The position numbers were made by a program, and so were the translations under genes. The notes beneath the pieces were generated by a model. That model saw nothing but the letters and a program-made list of their open reading frames with translations, ran no database searches and was not told the DNA's origin. Below are positions 1-8,782 of a stretch of 64,000 bases of DNA, in pieces; the first letter of the stretch is position 1; each line of letters opens with the position of its first letter. Source of the DNA: Candidatus Spyradenecus sp. (GTDB lineage Bacteria > Verrucomicrobiota > Verrucomicrobiia > Opitutales > UBA953); assembly GCA_045535075.1 (NCBI GenBank), contig JAZSKX010000017.1, positions 192,001 to 256,000 on the forward strand, in the 5' to 3' direction.

Positions 1-312
1 AAGTACCAGCGTCTTCCAAAATTGAATAAAATTCGCCGGCAGCGGCTCCAGCCCGCAACGATAATTGAGCGTTAACGCACGCCAGCCGTCCACGCGCCAT
101 GCCGCATAAATCCGCTGGAGGGATTTGGCTGAGATAGCCCGGTCGCCGACTGCCGACAAGCGCTCCGAAAGTTCCTGCCAGTACGCCATTTTCCTGCCCC
201 CGGCATAGAGTTCCAACGACTGCATGGCCGGTTCCAACAACGCAATCCGTTTCACGTTCACGTCACTGACTTGCAGCCGCACGTCGGCTTCTTCTTCTGT
301 AAACAATTTCAT
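1..312 (-). CDS. Probable Mu-type transposase, N-terminal part (open off the left edge)
   Basis: ATG at 312 and no stop to position 1: MKLFTEEEADV...ISAKSLQRIYAAWRVDGWRAL, resembling the SxxTLxRW..G..L helix-turn-helix of DDE transposases; position in the early operon. Not in the ORF track because it has no stop. Confidence 0.5.
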   Translation of the reverse strand, partial: MKLFTEEEADVRLQVSDVNVKRIALLEPAMQSLELYAGGRKMAYWQELSERLSAVGDRAISAKSLQRIYAAWRVDGWRALTLNYRCGLEPLPANFIQFWKTLVL

Positions 313-314
313 GA

Positions 315-659
315 TTAGTCCGGACGTATGTCCTCTGTTTGGTTCTTATATTGCTCCATATCGAAGAGGGTTGGAGTGTTGTCGAATTGCTCAAAAACAA
401 GTCCGTCCTCCTGGCGCTCGATGCAGGCTCGATAATAGTCGTCGATGTAAACCCGGTGATGGTTGCGGCGAGCAGACCCTTTCCCGAAGCGCGACGATAC
501 GTTGAACACACGCATCCGCTTTTTCTCCAAAATATGGAACACCTGGGCCCGCGCCACGCCCCACTTCTCGGCAACGGCACTCACCGTCACCATGGTCACG
601 CCTACCGGAAAACGCAGGCGCTCCCAAACCCGCTCCCGCAATTCGTTTAAATTTTCCAT
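315..659 (-). CDS. Phage early protein, HTH/excisionase-like DNA-binding
   Basis: VSAVAEKWGVARAQVFHIL HTH-like segment; tightly packed with neighbours. Confidence 0.5.
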   Translation of the reverse strand: MENLNELRERVWERLRFPVGVTMVTVSAVAEKWGVARAQVFHILEKKRMRVFNVSSRFGKGSARRNHHRVYIDDYYRACIERQEDGLVFEQFDNTPTLFDMEQYKNQTEDIRPD

Positions 660-689
660 ATATTTGCCTTTCGTTCGTTGTTAATTCGA

Positions 690-914
690 TTACAGATCCC
701 TAAAGATTCCCCGGTTCTCCGCCCGCAAACGCAGTTGCCTCCAGTAGTCCTCGCGACCGTAGTCCACTTCGCTTTCGCAGAGACCGGCGATACCCATGCA
801 CCAATAAAAATCTTTCCGGTCGCGGTCGATTCGGAGGAATTCGCTCCGCAAAAACGCATCGTCCGGTTCCCGTTCCCATGCCCAGCTCATCTCTACAATT
901 TCAACGTCCTGCAT
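690..914 (-). CDS. Phage early hypothetical protein
   Basis: Packed head-to-tail in the leftward operon. Confidence 0.5.
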   Translation of the reverse strand: MQDVEIVEMSWAWEREPDDAFLRSEFLRIDRDRKDFYWCMGIAGLCESEVDYGREDYWRQLRLRAENRGIFRDL

Positions 915-917
915 GAT

Positions 918-1103
918 TCAGCTTCCCCGCTTCGCCAGGCTTCCGCAGCCGAGTCGCACGCGAAGCTCCTCCGCCGAGAGATAAATCAAGTCCCCGTTAA
1001 GCTTGCGGAAGACGACTTCGCCCATCTTCCAGCGCACCTGCACCACGCGCAACTCGCCCAGCGTGCCGTCCATCCAGCATTGCCCTCGCGCAAAATGCCT
1101 CAT
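918..1103 (-). CDS. Phage early hypothetical protein
   Basis: Overlapping start/stop with 1100-1336. Confidence 0.5.
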   Translation of the reverse strand: MRHFARGQCWMDGTLGELRVVQVRWKMGEVVFRKLNGDLIYLSAEELRVRLGCGSLAKRGS

Positions 1104-1336
1104 CGCACACCTCCCGTCGCCGCCGACTCAACATCCGCCAAAATCGCGTCCAGCTCGGCGCCGATACGCGTCATGCGTTCGTCCATCGCCTCAAGCTCTT
1201 CCCGCATCGCGGCAAAGTCCGCCTGTACGCCGTCGAGTATCACACACAAGGCGACACCCCAAAATTCAATCGCCACCGCGCAAAAAATCAGCCACACGGC
1301 AGGATCGTGAATCCATTTCAAAAGTTTCGTTTTCAT
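1100..1336 (-). CDS. Small membrane-anchored coiled-coil protein
   Basis: Hydrophobic stretch AVWLIFCAVAIEFWGVALCVIL followed by a heptad-like acidic tail. Confidence 0.55.
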   Translation of the reverse strand: MKTKLLKWIHDPAVWLIFCAVAIEFWGVALCVILDGVQADFAAMREELEAMDERMTRIGAELDAILADVESAATGGVR

Positions 1337-1355
1337 AGGTAAAATGCTTACGGAG

Positions 1356-1586
1356 TTATGGCATTTGCGAGGGAATGCGCTTCTTGCCCGAGGCCGGAAG
1401 CTTTCTTACCGCGTAGCGCTTACGCGGACGACGCGGCGTCAAATCGCCTAAGCCGGGGACATGGCGGCTGATGATTGCCCGCAAAAAATCCGATACCGTC
1501 ATGCCGCCGCGGTCTGCCGCCTTGCGGATTTTCTCGCCCTGTGTGCGCGGGATGACCAATCCCACCGTGATGTTCGTGTTGCCCAT
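1356..1586 (-). CDS. Ribbon-helix-helix DNA-binding protein
   Basis: ITVGLVIP-RTQGEKIRKAADRGGMTVSDFLRAII: beta-strand plus two helices, RHH pattern; start placed at ATG 1586. Confidence 0.6.
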   Translation of the reverse strand: MGNTNITVGLVIPRTQGEKIRKAADRGGMTVSDFLRAIISRHVPGLGDLTPRRPRKRYAVRKLPASGKKRIPSQMP

Positions 1587-1606
1587 TTGCTTGCTTCTCT
1601 TGAGTG

Positions 1607-2449
1607 TTAATCTTTCAGCAGCGCCAGCTTCGCTTCCGCCGCTCGTACCTTCGCCGCCAATGCATTGCGGTAATCCGTCCAAAGCTTCCGCAGGACCCCC
1701 TGCGGCGCCACGCCGCTCGCGGCTTCCAAGCGCTCAAAGCTTCGGGAGATCTCCGCCTTCGTCGCCCGAAGCTCCAGCGGCAGGTTCATCTGTTTCCACA
1801 CAGCGTCGTCGCTCCCGGCGCTGTCCGGCTCGCCCTCCGTCAGCTCTGCATGCGCCGCATCCGCCTCCGCCTTCAACACGCCGCGCTTCTGCTCCGCCAC
1901 CTCTTCGTTTTCCGCATCGGCTTCCACCCGACGCAAGTCCCGAATCAGCTGGCTTATCGAACGCCCCGCGACCCACGTCCTCAGCGTCAGGCCGCCTTTC
2001 CCGCCGCTCGCCACGCCAAGCAAGGTGCCTTCCGCATCAAACCCCTCCGTGCCCTGCAGGCATTTGGCAAGCTCCCCGCTCTGGGGATGCAAGGGCTCCG
2101 TCGCCGCTTGCAAATAGCGCCGACCCAGCCAACGGTAACGACGCATGTTCCGCTCACTTCCCGCCCCGAAAACACGCGAACAATACGACGGAAATGACTC
2201 TGCGTTAAAACCTTGGACACGCGTGTCCAAGGTTTTTGTGGATGGCCGCCCTCCGACGTTCTCGGCGCAAATTGCCGCGAATTTTGCCTCCAGCATCAGC
2301 CCGAGGCGGACGGCTTCGGTGACAAAGTCCGCCTGCTTGGTTGCTACGCGTTCGGCCTGGTCCGCAAGCATCTCGTCCTGCAGCTTCCTGCCGATTTTTT
2401 CAAGTTTCGCCGCGATGTCCTCGCGGTAGATGTCTGTTACGATTTCCAT
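1607..2449 (-). CDS. Phage early protein (DUF3102-like)
   Basis: 280-aa helical ORF with GSERNMRRY motif reminiscent of DUF3102 proteins of Mu-like phages. Confidence 0.5.
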   Translation of the reverse strand: MEIVTDIYREDIAAKLEKIGRKLQDEMLADQAERVATKQADFVTEAVRLGLMLEAKFAAICAENVGGRPSTKTLDTRVQGFNAESFPSYCSRVFGAGSERNMRRYRWLGRRYLQAATEPLHPQSGELAKCLQGTEGFDAEGTLLGVASGGKGGLTLRTWVAGRSISQLIRDLRRVEADAENEEVAEQKRGVLKAEADAAHAELTEGEPDSAGSDDAVWKQMNLPLELRATKAEISRSFERLEAASGVAPQGVLRKLWTDYRNALAAKVRAAEAKLALLKD

Positions 2450-2455
2450 AAAAGA

Positions 2456-2644
2456 TTAAAGAGCCTGGGGGGCGCTTTGCTTGCGCCGGCGGCGCCGGCA
2501 ACGCTCTAAAAGGCACTCCGCCAAGGCACGTTCGTGGCGATTGTCGGTCTTGCCTTCCAAAAACACCGCGACCCACAAATCGTTCGTCCGCCCTGCCAGC
2601 TCCTCGTCGCTCATGCCCGCAATGTCCGATGTTTTCATGCCCAT
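2456..2644 (-). CDS. Phage hypothetical protein
   Basis: Operon packing. Confidence 0.45.
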   Translation of the reverse strand: MGMKTSDIAGMSDEELAGRTNDLWVAVFLEGKTDNRHERALAECLLERCRRRRRKQSAPQAL

Positions 2645-2928
2645 GGTTCGCAGATTTCGACGAAGAGGATGTAGCCCCGTTTCCGCCGTAAGCCTCTGCC
2701 GTCGTGATCAACGTCGTCTCTCATCCAGTCGCCGAGGACGACGGCGTTGTCAAAAAGCGCTTCCCGTTCCGCTGTCTTGAGCGTTTTGAGCGCTTCGCGG
2801 AAAAGCCGCGTCGAGGCATCGTCCGCCGGAAGCGGCGTCTGCTTGCCCTTTTCCGCTTTTTTCGTCGGGAAAAATCCGTCCCGGTGAATCGTAGCATGCT
2901 GTTTCTTTAGTTCGTTTTTCATAATCAA
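2635..2928 (-). CDS. Phage hypothetical protein, first gene of the leftward operon
   Basis: Follows an AT-rich divergent intergenic region. Confidence 0.5.
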   Translation of the reverse strand: MIMKNELKKQHATIHRDGFFPTKKAEKGKQTPLPADDASTRLFREALKTLKTAEREALFDNAVVLGDWMRDDVDHDGRGLRRKRGYILFVEICEPWA

Positions 2929-2933
2929 CTTCG

Positions 2934-2950
2934 GTTAAACCATGTTTAAC
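2934..2950. promoter_or_regulatory. Operator-like palindrome in the divergent promoter region
   Basis: GTTAAAC-CAT-GTTTAAC perfect inverted repeat; related half-site TCGGTTTACC near 2966. Confidence 0.5.
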
Positions 2951-3056
2951 TAAAAAAGAACAACATCGGTTTACCAAAGTCAAGAGGTTTTCAAAAAAAA
3001 TTTAATTAGTTTTGAAAAACTTTGCGTTCTCTGTGGCTCTGCGAGAGAATATTTTT

Positions 3057-3404
3057 ATGAACTTCAAGGTTGTTGGATTTAAGATGCCTCAAGAGCTAAG
3101 TGACCGCATAGATGAATGCGTCGCGCATCTTGGAGTTCAGCGAACTGCGTGGGTTCGTGAAGTGCTCGCTGACGCGTTAAAAAAAGCGGGATTTCCAATT
3201 GATCCTGCGATTCTTAAGCCCAACCAAGGTGCACGGAATGATCTTCCGAATCGGATTACGGAGGCGGAGAAGCGGGCTTCTCGGGGTCGGGTTAGGCGTG
3301 CGAAGAAAGAGGTTTCCCGGCTTGCTTTAGCTTTGGGCAAATCGCGTACGCGTGCGGAGGCGCGTTCCCTCGCCGATAAGGCTGTAAAACCGGGAGAAGA
3401 TTAA
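3057..3404 (+). CDS. Ribbon-helix-helix regulator, candidate prophage repressor
   Basis: KVVGFKMPQELSDRIDECVAHLGVQRTAWVREVL RHH pattern; transcribed divergently from the early operon. Confidence 0.6.
   Translation: MNFKVVGFKMPQELSDRIDECVAHLGVQRTAWVREVLADALKKAGFPIDPAILKPNQGARNDLPNRITEAEKRASRGRVRRAKKEVSRLALALGKSRTRAEARSLADKAVKPGED
3316..3392 (+). repeat. 77-bp direct repeat, copy 1 (3' end of the RHH gene)
   Basis: 72/77 identical to 4031-4107. Confidence 0.9.
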
Positions 3405-3409
3405 TTTTT

Positions 3410-4000
3410 ATGGATACTGAAATTACCTCTTCTTATTTAGTGTTAGCGGCGTGGTCGCGTACGCTTAATACTTATCTGTCAAAATATGGTCTGGAAAGTT
3501 TTTGTATTGTTTTTCCGGGAATAAACTCGAAGGTTTGCGTGCTTCTGCGCGATGTAAAACCTTTTAGTGACGCGGCTCGATATAGAGTACAAGATTTTGT
3601 ACACGATCCGCTTTCCTCTTGGGAGAAAGTGGATGTTGATAAGAACGGGAACGATATTCTTCTTGCCATGTTTGATCCTTTACGAATTGAGGCCCGTGTG
3701 AGCAGCGCAATAGAAACGTCTTTGAAAAATGATGCTTTAAGAGCTGAAATTGAGCAACCAAGGGATCCGTGCATTCTTTGTGGAGTAAGCACGTCTCTTT
3801 TCTATAGATCTTCTTCGCAAGGATTCTCTTCTGTACATGGTATTGAACGCTATGAAGGAGTGACGGATTCTGGCAAAGAATGGGTTGTTCGCAGCTACGG
3901 AGAGCGAGTATTCGACGACAAAAAACTCACTGAGGCTGAAGCGGTTTACCGCTATCCCGGAAATAATTTTGGTCCGACATGGCAGCAGTGGAAATCTTGA
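3410..4000 (+). CDS. Accessory (moron) hypothetical protein
   Basis: 196-aa ORF, AT-richer than the structural genes, bracketed by the 77-bp repeats. Confidence 0.65.
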   Translation: MDTEITSSYLVLAAWSRTLNTYLSKYGLESFCIVFPGINSKVCVLLRDVKPFSDAARYRVQDFVHDPLSSWEKVDVDKNGNDILLAMFDPLRIEARVSSAIETSLKNDALRAEIEQPRDPCILCGVSTSLFYRSSSQGFSSVHGIERYEGVTDSGKEWVVRSYGERVFDDKKLTEAEAVYRYPGNNFGPTWQQWKS

Positions 4001-4030
4001 GTGCAAAATCACCGAAAAAGCTTGCCGTTC

Positions 4031-4107
4031 CCCGGCTTGCTTTGGCTTTGGGCAAATCGCGTACGCGTGCGGAGGCGCGTTCCCTCGCCGACAAGGCCGT
4101 CAACCCG
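4031..4107 (+). repeat. 77-bp direct repeat, copy 2 (remnant of a second RHH allele)
   Basis: Encodes RLALALGKSRTRAEARSLADKAVNP; all five differences from copy 1 are at third codon positions. Confidence 0.9.
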
Positions 4108-4187
4108 CACCCCCAAAAATAAAAAACACCTCGCCTCTGCTTTTTTTATGCGTTTTATTTAACTTAAATTTTCTCCCCTCATTCCTG

Positions 4188-4397
4188 ATGCGCACAACCA
4201 AACACACTTCAATTAAAAGGAGTCGAAAGAAAACTCAGGCTCGAACTCGAGAAGAGCTGAGTATTGTCGAACTCGTTGAAACTCCGCTTCTTGATCGCAT
4301 TATGCGCATTGTAGAAGAGGAACGTCGTCGAGAACAAGCAGAGGGAATCAACAATGCCATCTACCGAGCCTTCGAACATTCCGTCACAGCGATTTGA
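4188..4397 (+). CDS. Small protein overlapping the protease gene
   Basis: ATG 4188, 69 aa, overlaps the start of 4354-5316. Confidence 0.4.
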   Translation: MRTTKHTSIKRSRKKTQARTREELSIVELVETPLLDRIMRIVEEERRREQAEGINNAIYRAFEHSVTAI

Positions 4398-5316
4398 CCA
4401 ATCCTTCTTTTCGGACATAATTAACAATGTTCGAGCAGATGCCGCTCGCATAGAAGTTGATTTGTTGAAGAGAATGCTGAATTCATTAAGCGAGAAGTTT
4501 GGTGTAGACGTTCTCTTGTATGCGGCTCCTTACGTTTCCGGTTCCCCCGTTCAAGAATCGGACGGGCGTGCATCCGTAAACGACTGGGATGTTCCCGCGT
4601 TGGCATCTGCCATGAAAGGGATGGGGACTCGTGACTTGTTTTTTATCGTCCACAGCCCGGGAGGAGACCCGAACGCAGCGGCGCAGTTTATGGAATATCT
4701 TCACCGGAAATATTCCGGAAAAAAGATTACGGCAATCGTTCCGCATAAGGCAATGTCCGCCGCGACGATGATGTGTATGGGGTGCGATGAAATTATCATG
4801 TCGAAGTTGGCTTCTCTTGGTCCGATTGATCCGCAATTCAATGGGCTTCCGGCGAGTGCGATTCTTCGGGAGTTGGAAGAAGCTCGGGAAGATGTGGATA
4901 AACATCCGGAACGTGCCGCACTTTGGGCCCCGCGTGTTTTAAAATTACCGCCCGGATTTTATTCCATTTGTCGCGATGCGATGAAATATACGGAAGAGCT
5001 CGTCTCGGAGTGGCTGAAAAAACGCATGTTCGGCAAAGAAAAGAGTCGGGCAAACGCCGGGAAAAAAGCCAAAGATTTGGCAAAATGGCTCGCGGATTGC
5101 CTTAAGCACAAGCAACATGCGCGTCCGCTTACGATTGAGATTTTGAGAAAAAGAGGGATTGAAATTAAAGAGCTTGAATCGGACGACAATCTTCAGAATT
5201 TGGTGATGGGCGTTTTTCATGCTTTTCGCGCGGTATTCCAATTTTGCCCTTGTTCGAAAATTGTCTTGAATCAATCCGGCGAAGGTGAATTTTACCGAAC
5301 CGAACGCTTGAAGTAG
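4354..5316 (+). CDS. ClpP/crotonase-fold serine protease (SDH_sah family)
   Basis: IVHSPGG, AMSAATM (catalytic Ser), LGPIDPQ and a late H-x-R-P motif typical of SDH-family proteases. Confidence 0.8.
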   Translation: MPSTEPSNIPSQRFDQSFFSDIINNVRADAARIEVDLLKRMLNSLSEKFGVDVLLYAAPYVSGSPVQESDGRASVNDWDVPALASAMKGMGTRDLFFIVHSPGGDPNAAAQFMEYLHRKYSGKKITAIVPHKAMSAATMMCMGCDEIIMSKLASLGPIDPQFNGLPASAILRELEEAREDVDKHPERAALWAPRVLKLPPGFYSICRDAMKYTEELVSEWLKKRMFGKEKSRANAGKKAKDLAKWLADCLKHKQHARPLTIEILRKRGIEIKELESDDNLQNLVMGVFHAFRAVFQFCPCSKIVLNQSGEGEFYRTERLK

Positions 5317-5362
5317 GAGCCAATCTATTGCTACAACTCTTGAAAGAAAAGGTGTTTTTATT

Positions 5363-5638
5363 ATGACGGTAGCTGAAAAGAATAATCTTGTTGAGTTGTT
5401 TACAACAAAATTTAAGACGGGGGGGGCATGGAATCTTAAATGCCCTATGTGTGGCTGTCCCAAATTTACACTTGTTGATGGTTATATTCTTTTCGCGCCT
5501 CAAGATTCTCCGAAAAATTTAGTTATAGGCGGAAAAACGATGCCTACGATAGGGATGATATGTGACAATTGTGGGTTTCTGTCTTCTCACGTGTTAGGAG
5601 TTCTTAAAAAAGATTGGAACAAGACTGAGAATGAGTGA
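5363..5638 (+). CDS. Zinc-ribbon protein
   Basis: CPMC...CDNCG. Confidence 0.7.
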   Translation: MTVAEKNNLVELFTTKFKTGGAWNLKCPMCGCPKFTLVDGYILFAPQDSPKNLVIGGKTMPTIGMICDNCGFLSSHVLGVLKKDWNKTENE

Positions 5639-6005
5639 AGAAAACGGACTTTCCACAGAGTCTAATCAAGAAGCAACAAACACACCAAAATCCACCCTGA
5701 CATCAGGGAAGTCTGGCGACGGCTCGCTTTACGGTCAAGAAATTCACGATTGGAGAAAAGCCTACTTGAATCGTTTTTGGTGGTTTCTTTGTGCGTGGAG
5801 TATAGTGTCGCTTGTGTTTGTCGGATTAGCAGCTTTGAGCCCTGTTACAGATTCTTGGGGCATAGGACCTGTACGGCTGTACACGAAGTCTTTTTCATTT
5901 GAAATTTCAGATTCTGTGGCAATCGCATTGCTCACAACTTCTCTCGGTCATGCCGTTGGGCTTATGATTGTTGCTGCAAGATGGCTGTTTCCGAAAAGGG
6001 ATTAA
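5631..6005 (+). CDS. Two-TM membrane protein
   Basis: Two hydrophobic segments; overlaps the upstream stop. Confidence 0.7.
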   Translation: MSEENGLSTESNQEATNTPKSTLTSGKSGDGSLYGQEIHDWRKAYLNRFWWFLCAWSIVSLVFVGLAALSPVTDSWGIGPVRLYTKSFSFEISDSVAIALLTTSLGHAVGLMIVAARWLFPKRD

Positions 6006-6407
6006 TCTCGCTACCAAAGATAGATCTCCAGGCTCCGTCTACGCTTCTTTTTTGTTTTTTGGGAACTGCTCGTTTCGATTGGGTAGAACCACCATAATCG
6101 CACAAGTGATTATGGTGCTTTTGTTTTATGAAGAGACCTCTCTGAAATAACTAAACCTGAAGTCCTTTAATCTCTAAGACGCGCCTTTTCTGCTTCCGGG
6201 GCGCACAATTCGTCATCAGCCATCCGTTTTTCCGTCACCCAAGCTACGCAACCTTTGTCTCAATCTGCCGTTTCCGATAAACTGTCCGCATCGTGAATGC
6301 GAGTACGCGATGTGGGATGTTTTCATAGTGCAAACGATAGAGTTAGACGCCGGTGCGGCGGCGTTAGCGGAAAATACACTCGGTTTTTCGCTCCGCACAT
6401 TCCTTTT

Positions 6408-6908
6408 ATGACGAAAAAACTAATGACTTGGATGGCGCTTCCGGCGATGCTGTTTTTGGCAGCGTGCTCGGCAACGGATTGGCTCGGAGTAACCCACAAG
6501 ATGTCCGTGACGGATCCGGAGACGGGGGCGGTGACGGAGACTCGGGAGTTGAGCGACGAGACGGTTGCCGTTGTGGGCGGAACACTGGAAGCGGGAGCGA
6601 GTTCGGGCGGTTTGCTCGGAATCCTTTCTTCGGCGGGTTTAGCGCTTTGGGGCATTTACCAAAACCGCAAGGCAAGCAGCGCCAAAAAGGTGGCGGCATC
6701 GATTGCGACGGGTGTCTCGGACGTGCTCAACAAGATTGCGGAGGCGGAGGCTTCCGGCACGGATCTAAAGGTCACGAAAGAGGATGCCCTGGAGCTTTTG
6801 AAAGCGGCGCAAAACAATGCGGGGACGCGTGATGCCGTGAGAAAGCTTTTGGCAAAACAGGGCCTCTCCGAAAGCCTCGTGGATAAAATCATTGCTGCGT
6901 TTTGCTGA
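6408..6908 (+). CDS. Phage lipoprotein with internal TM segment (possible lysis/spanin-related)
   Basis: Signal peptide with lipobox LAAC; hydrophobic GGLLGILSSAGLALWGIY. Confidence 0.6.
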   Translation: MTKKLMTWMALPAMLFLAACSATDWLGVTHKMSVTDPETGAVTETRELSDETVAVVGGTLEAGASSGGLLGILSSAGLALWGIYQNRKASSAKKVAASIATGVSDVLNKIAEAEASGTDLKVTKEDALELLKAAQNNAGTRDAVRKLLAKQGLSESLVDKIIAAFC

Positions 6909-8083
6909 TGAACACCGTCTCGATTGTTAATTTTGCGCCGGGTGCGGCATTACAGGACGCAGATTTTGTCCTGCTTGCTCCGTACTGCGAGGCTCCTTGC
7001 GAAGCGGGGCGGCAGGTATTCGACCGAGAGTCGGCGGAAACCCTGGCGAAAGACTTTAATTCGCGCCTGTCGCGGCTACTTCGCCGCCTGCCTTTTGCGA
7101 AAGCGGCAGTCCCGTGCTACAACGGCCATCCGGACATGACGGATATGCAGATTGCTCCGCCTCCGGAAATTCAATGCGAGACGGACGACAAGACGATTTA
7201 CGCGGTCGTCAACGCATTGGAGGTTCGTGACGACGGGCTTTACGGGCGATTGGAACGCCGGCCGGAACTGGAGGCGCTCAAAGCCGCCAAAGGGCGTTTG
7301 GAAATTAGCCCGTTTTGGGTTTGCAGGCGTGTTGCAGAGCGTGTGCTCAAGCCGGTCAAGCTCATCTCCCTGGGCTTTGTGAAGCGCGGGCGCTTGCCGA
7401 ATGCCGCCGTTGTAAACGCAGCGGAAGAATTTACTCAAAACCAGTTAAATATCATGAACGAAGAACAGATTAAACGTTTGGCGGAAATTCTCGGCGTAGA
7501 TCCGGAAGCCGCCGTGAAAGATCCGGAGGCGCTGATTGCGGCTGCGGCGGAGCAGAAACCGAAGTCGGAACCGGCTACGGAAGACTCGACTGAAACGACC
7601 GACACCGCCGACGAAAAACCGGCGGGCGGAGAGCCGAAATCGGACGAGCCTGTCGAAGAAAAGCCTGCCGAAGACGATAAAGACAAACAGCTTGCGGCCG
7701 CGAATGCTGCTGTTGAGTTTGCCGTGAAAAACAAGCTCGAGGCGGCGATTGCCAACGGGCAGATCTCGCTTGCGCAGAAGCCGGATTTTGAACGCTTGCT
7801 GCGTGCCGATTTTGCGGCGGCATGCAATGCAATCGACGCGCTCCCGAAAGCCTTTAAGTCGGCCCAAGCCGAAAAGGCAGCGGAGCGTGCAGCGGCAAAC
7901 GCCGAGGCGCAAATGAAAAGCAAGCAGGAAACGGCAAGAGCGTTTTGGGCGGTGGTTAATTCCGTAAAAGCGGCGGCTCGCGAAAAAGGCTATGAGCTCG
8001 ACGACGAGGCGGCAATCACCAAGGCGAAGCAGGACCCGGAAGGCGAAAAGCTTTGGGCGCAACTCAAGCCACAGTATCTGTAA
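6902..8083 (+). CDS. Mu-like prohead protease I with C-terminal scaffold domain
   Basis: YNGHP, GLYG, ISPFW and LISLGFV..P motifs; Ala/Glu/Lys-rich C-terminal half. Confidence 0.75.
   Translation: MLMNTVSIVNFAPGAALQDADFVLLAPYCEAPCEAGRQVFDRESAETLAKDFNSRLSRLLRRLPFAKAAVPCYNGHPDMTDMQIAPPPEIQCETDDKTIYAVVNALEVRDDGLYGRLERRPELEALKAAKGRLEISPFWVCRRVAERVLKPVKLISLGFVKRGRLPNAAVVNAAEEFTQNQLNIMNEEQIKRLAEILGVDPEAAVKDPEALIAAAAEQKPKSEPATEDSTETTDTADEKPAGGEPKSDEPVEEKPAEDDKDKQLAAANAAVEFAVKNKLEAAIANGQISLAQKPDFERLLRADFAAACNAIDALPKAFKSAQAEKAAERAAANAEAQMKSKQETARAFWAVVNSVKAAAREKGYELDDEAAITKAKQDPEGEKLWAQLKPQYL
7454..8083 (+). CDS. Nested in-frame scaffold protein (Mu Z-like)
   Basis: Internal ATG (MNEEQIKRLAEILGVD) after an A-rich leader; same nested arrangement as Mu I/Z. 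Confidence 0.5.
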   Translation: MNEEQIKRLAEILGVDPEAAVKDPEALIAAAAEQKPKSEPATEDSTETTDTADEKPAGGEPKSDEPVEEKPAEDDKDKQLAAANAAVEFAVKNKLEAAIANGQISLAQKPDFERLLRADFAAACNAIDALPKAFKSAQAEKAAERAAANAEAQMKSKQETARAFWAVVNSVKAAAREKGYELDDEAAITKAKQDPEGEKLWAQLKPQYL

Positions 8084-8133
8084 AAGCGGAGAATCTGATT
8101 TTTAAGTCCTTCACACTTGAACAACGTAAAAAC

Positions 8134-8337
8134 ATGAGCGAACAAACGAAAACCAAAGCGGAAATGGTCGCGGACCATGCCGACAAACTGGTCTCGTACG
8201 GTGTGCCGATGAAAGAGGCACAGTCCATTGCCGAGGCCAAAATCACGAAACAGCTTGCGGCGGCGAAATCCGCCAAGGCCGAAACCTCCAAGGCAAAAGC
8301 CGATGCGGATGCCGATGAGAAGAAAGGAAAGAAATAG
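8134..8337 (+). CDS. Small Lys/Ala-rich head-region protein
   Basis: Packed between the scaffold and decoration genes. Confidence 0.55.
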   Translation: MSEQTKTKAEMVADHADKLVSYGVPMKEAQSIAEAKITKQLAAAKSAKAETSKAKADADADEKKGKK

Positions 8338-8339
8338 TC

Positions 8340-8738
8340 ATGGGCGACACGACTAAGATGAGCGGCATTGTCTCTGTGCTTGCCGCGTCCGCAACCCTTT
8401 CGGCGGGAACGCTTTGCGTGCTTGATTCCGGCGGCAAACTTGTGCCGTGGACGAGCGCTGCTGCGACTGACAATAAGGCCAAGCAGGTGTTTTTCCCGCT
8501 GATTGATGCTTCGGAAAGCGACTTGCTTGTTTCCGCAGCCGTCGCCGGAAATTATCCGGGTACGGTGAATGCGAAAGCCGCTGCCGGAACTTACGCTGCG
8601 GGAGACCCGGTTTATGCGGGAACCAATGGCGACATTGCTGCCACGGGTACGCGTGTCGTAGGGACTGCGGCGGAATCGGTCACGCTCGCCGAGACCGGCA
8701 TGCTTGAAATTGTGCCGATGTACGTGCCGGTCGCATAG
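8340..8738 (+). CDS. Head decoration/cement protein (DUF2190-like)
   Basis: Ala/Gly/Thr-rich, AAGDPVY...VVGTA motif; directly upstream of the capsid gene. Confidence 0.65.
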   Translation: MGDTTKMSGIVSVLAASATLSAGTLCVLDSGGKLVPWTSAAATDNKAKQVFFPLIDASESDLLVSAAVAGNYPGTVNAKAAAGTYAAGDPVYAGTNGDIAATGTRVVGTAAESVTLAETGMLEIVPMYVPVA

Positions 8739-8782
8739 CGTTTCGGCAGAAGGCTTTTGAAAAAACATATAAGTTCACAAAA

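Noticed and set aside
3316..4107. 77-bp repeats as attL/attR or CRISPR repeats
   Set aside because: Only two copies, with differences at third codon positions indicating coding homology; no integrase, spacers or cas genes.
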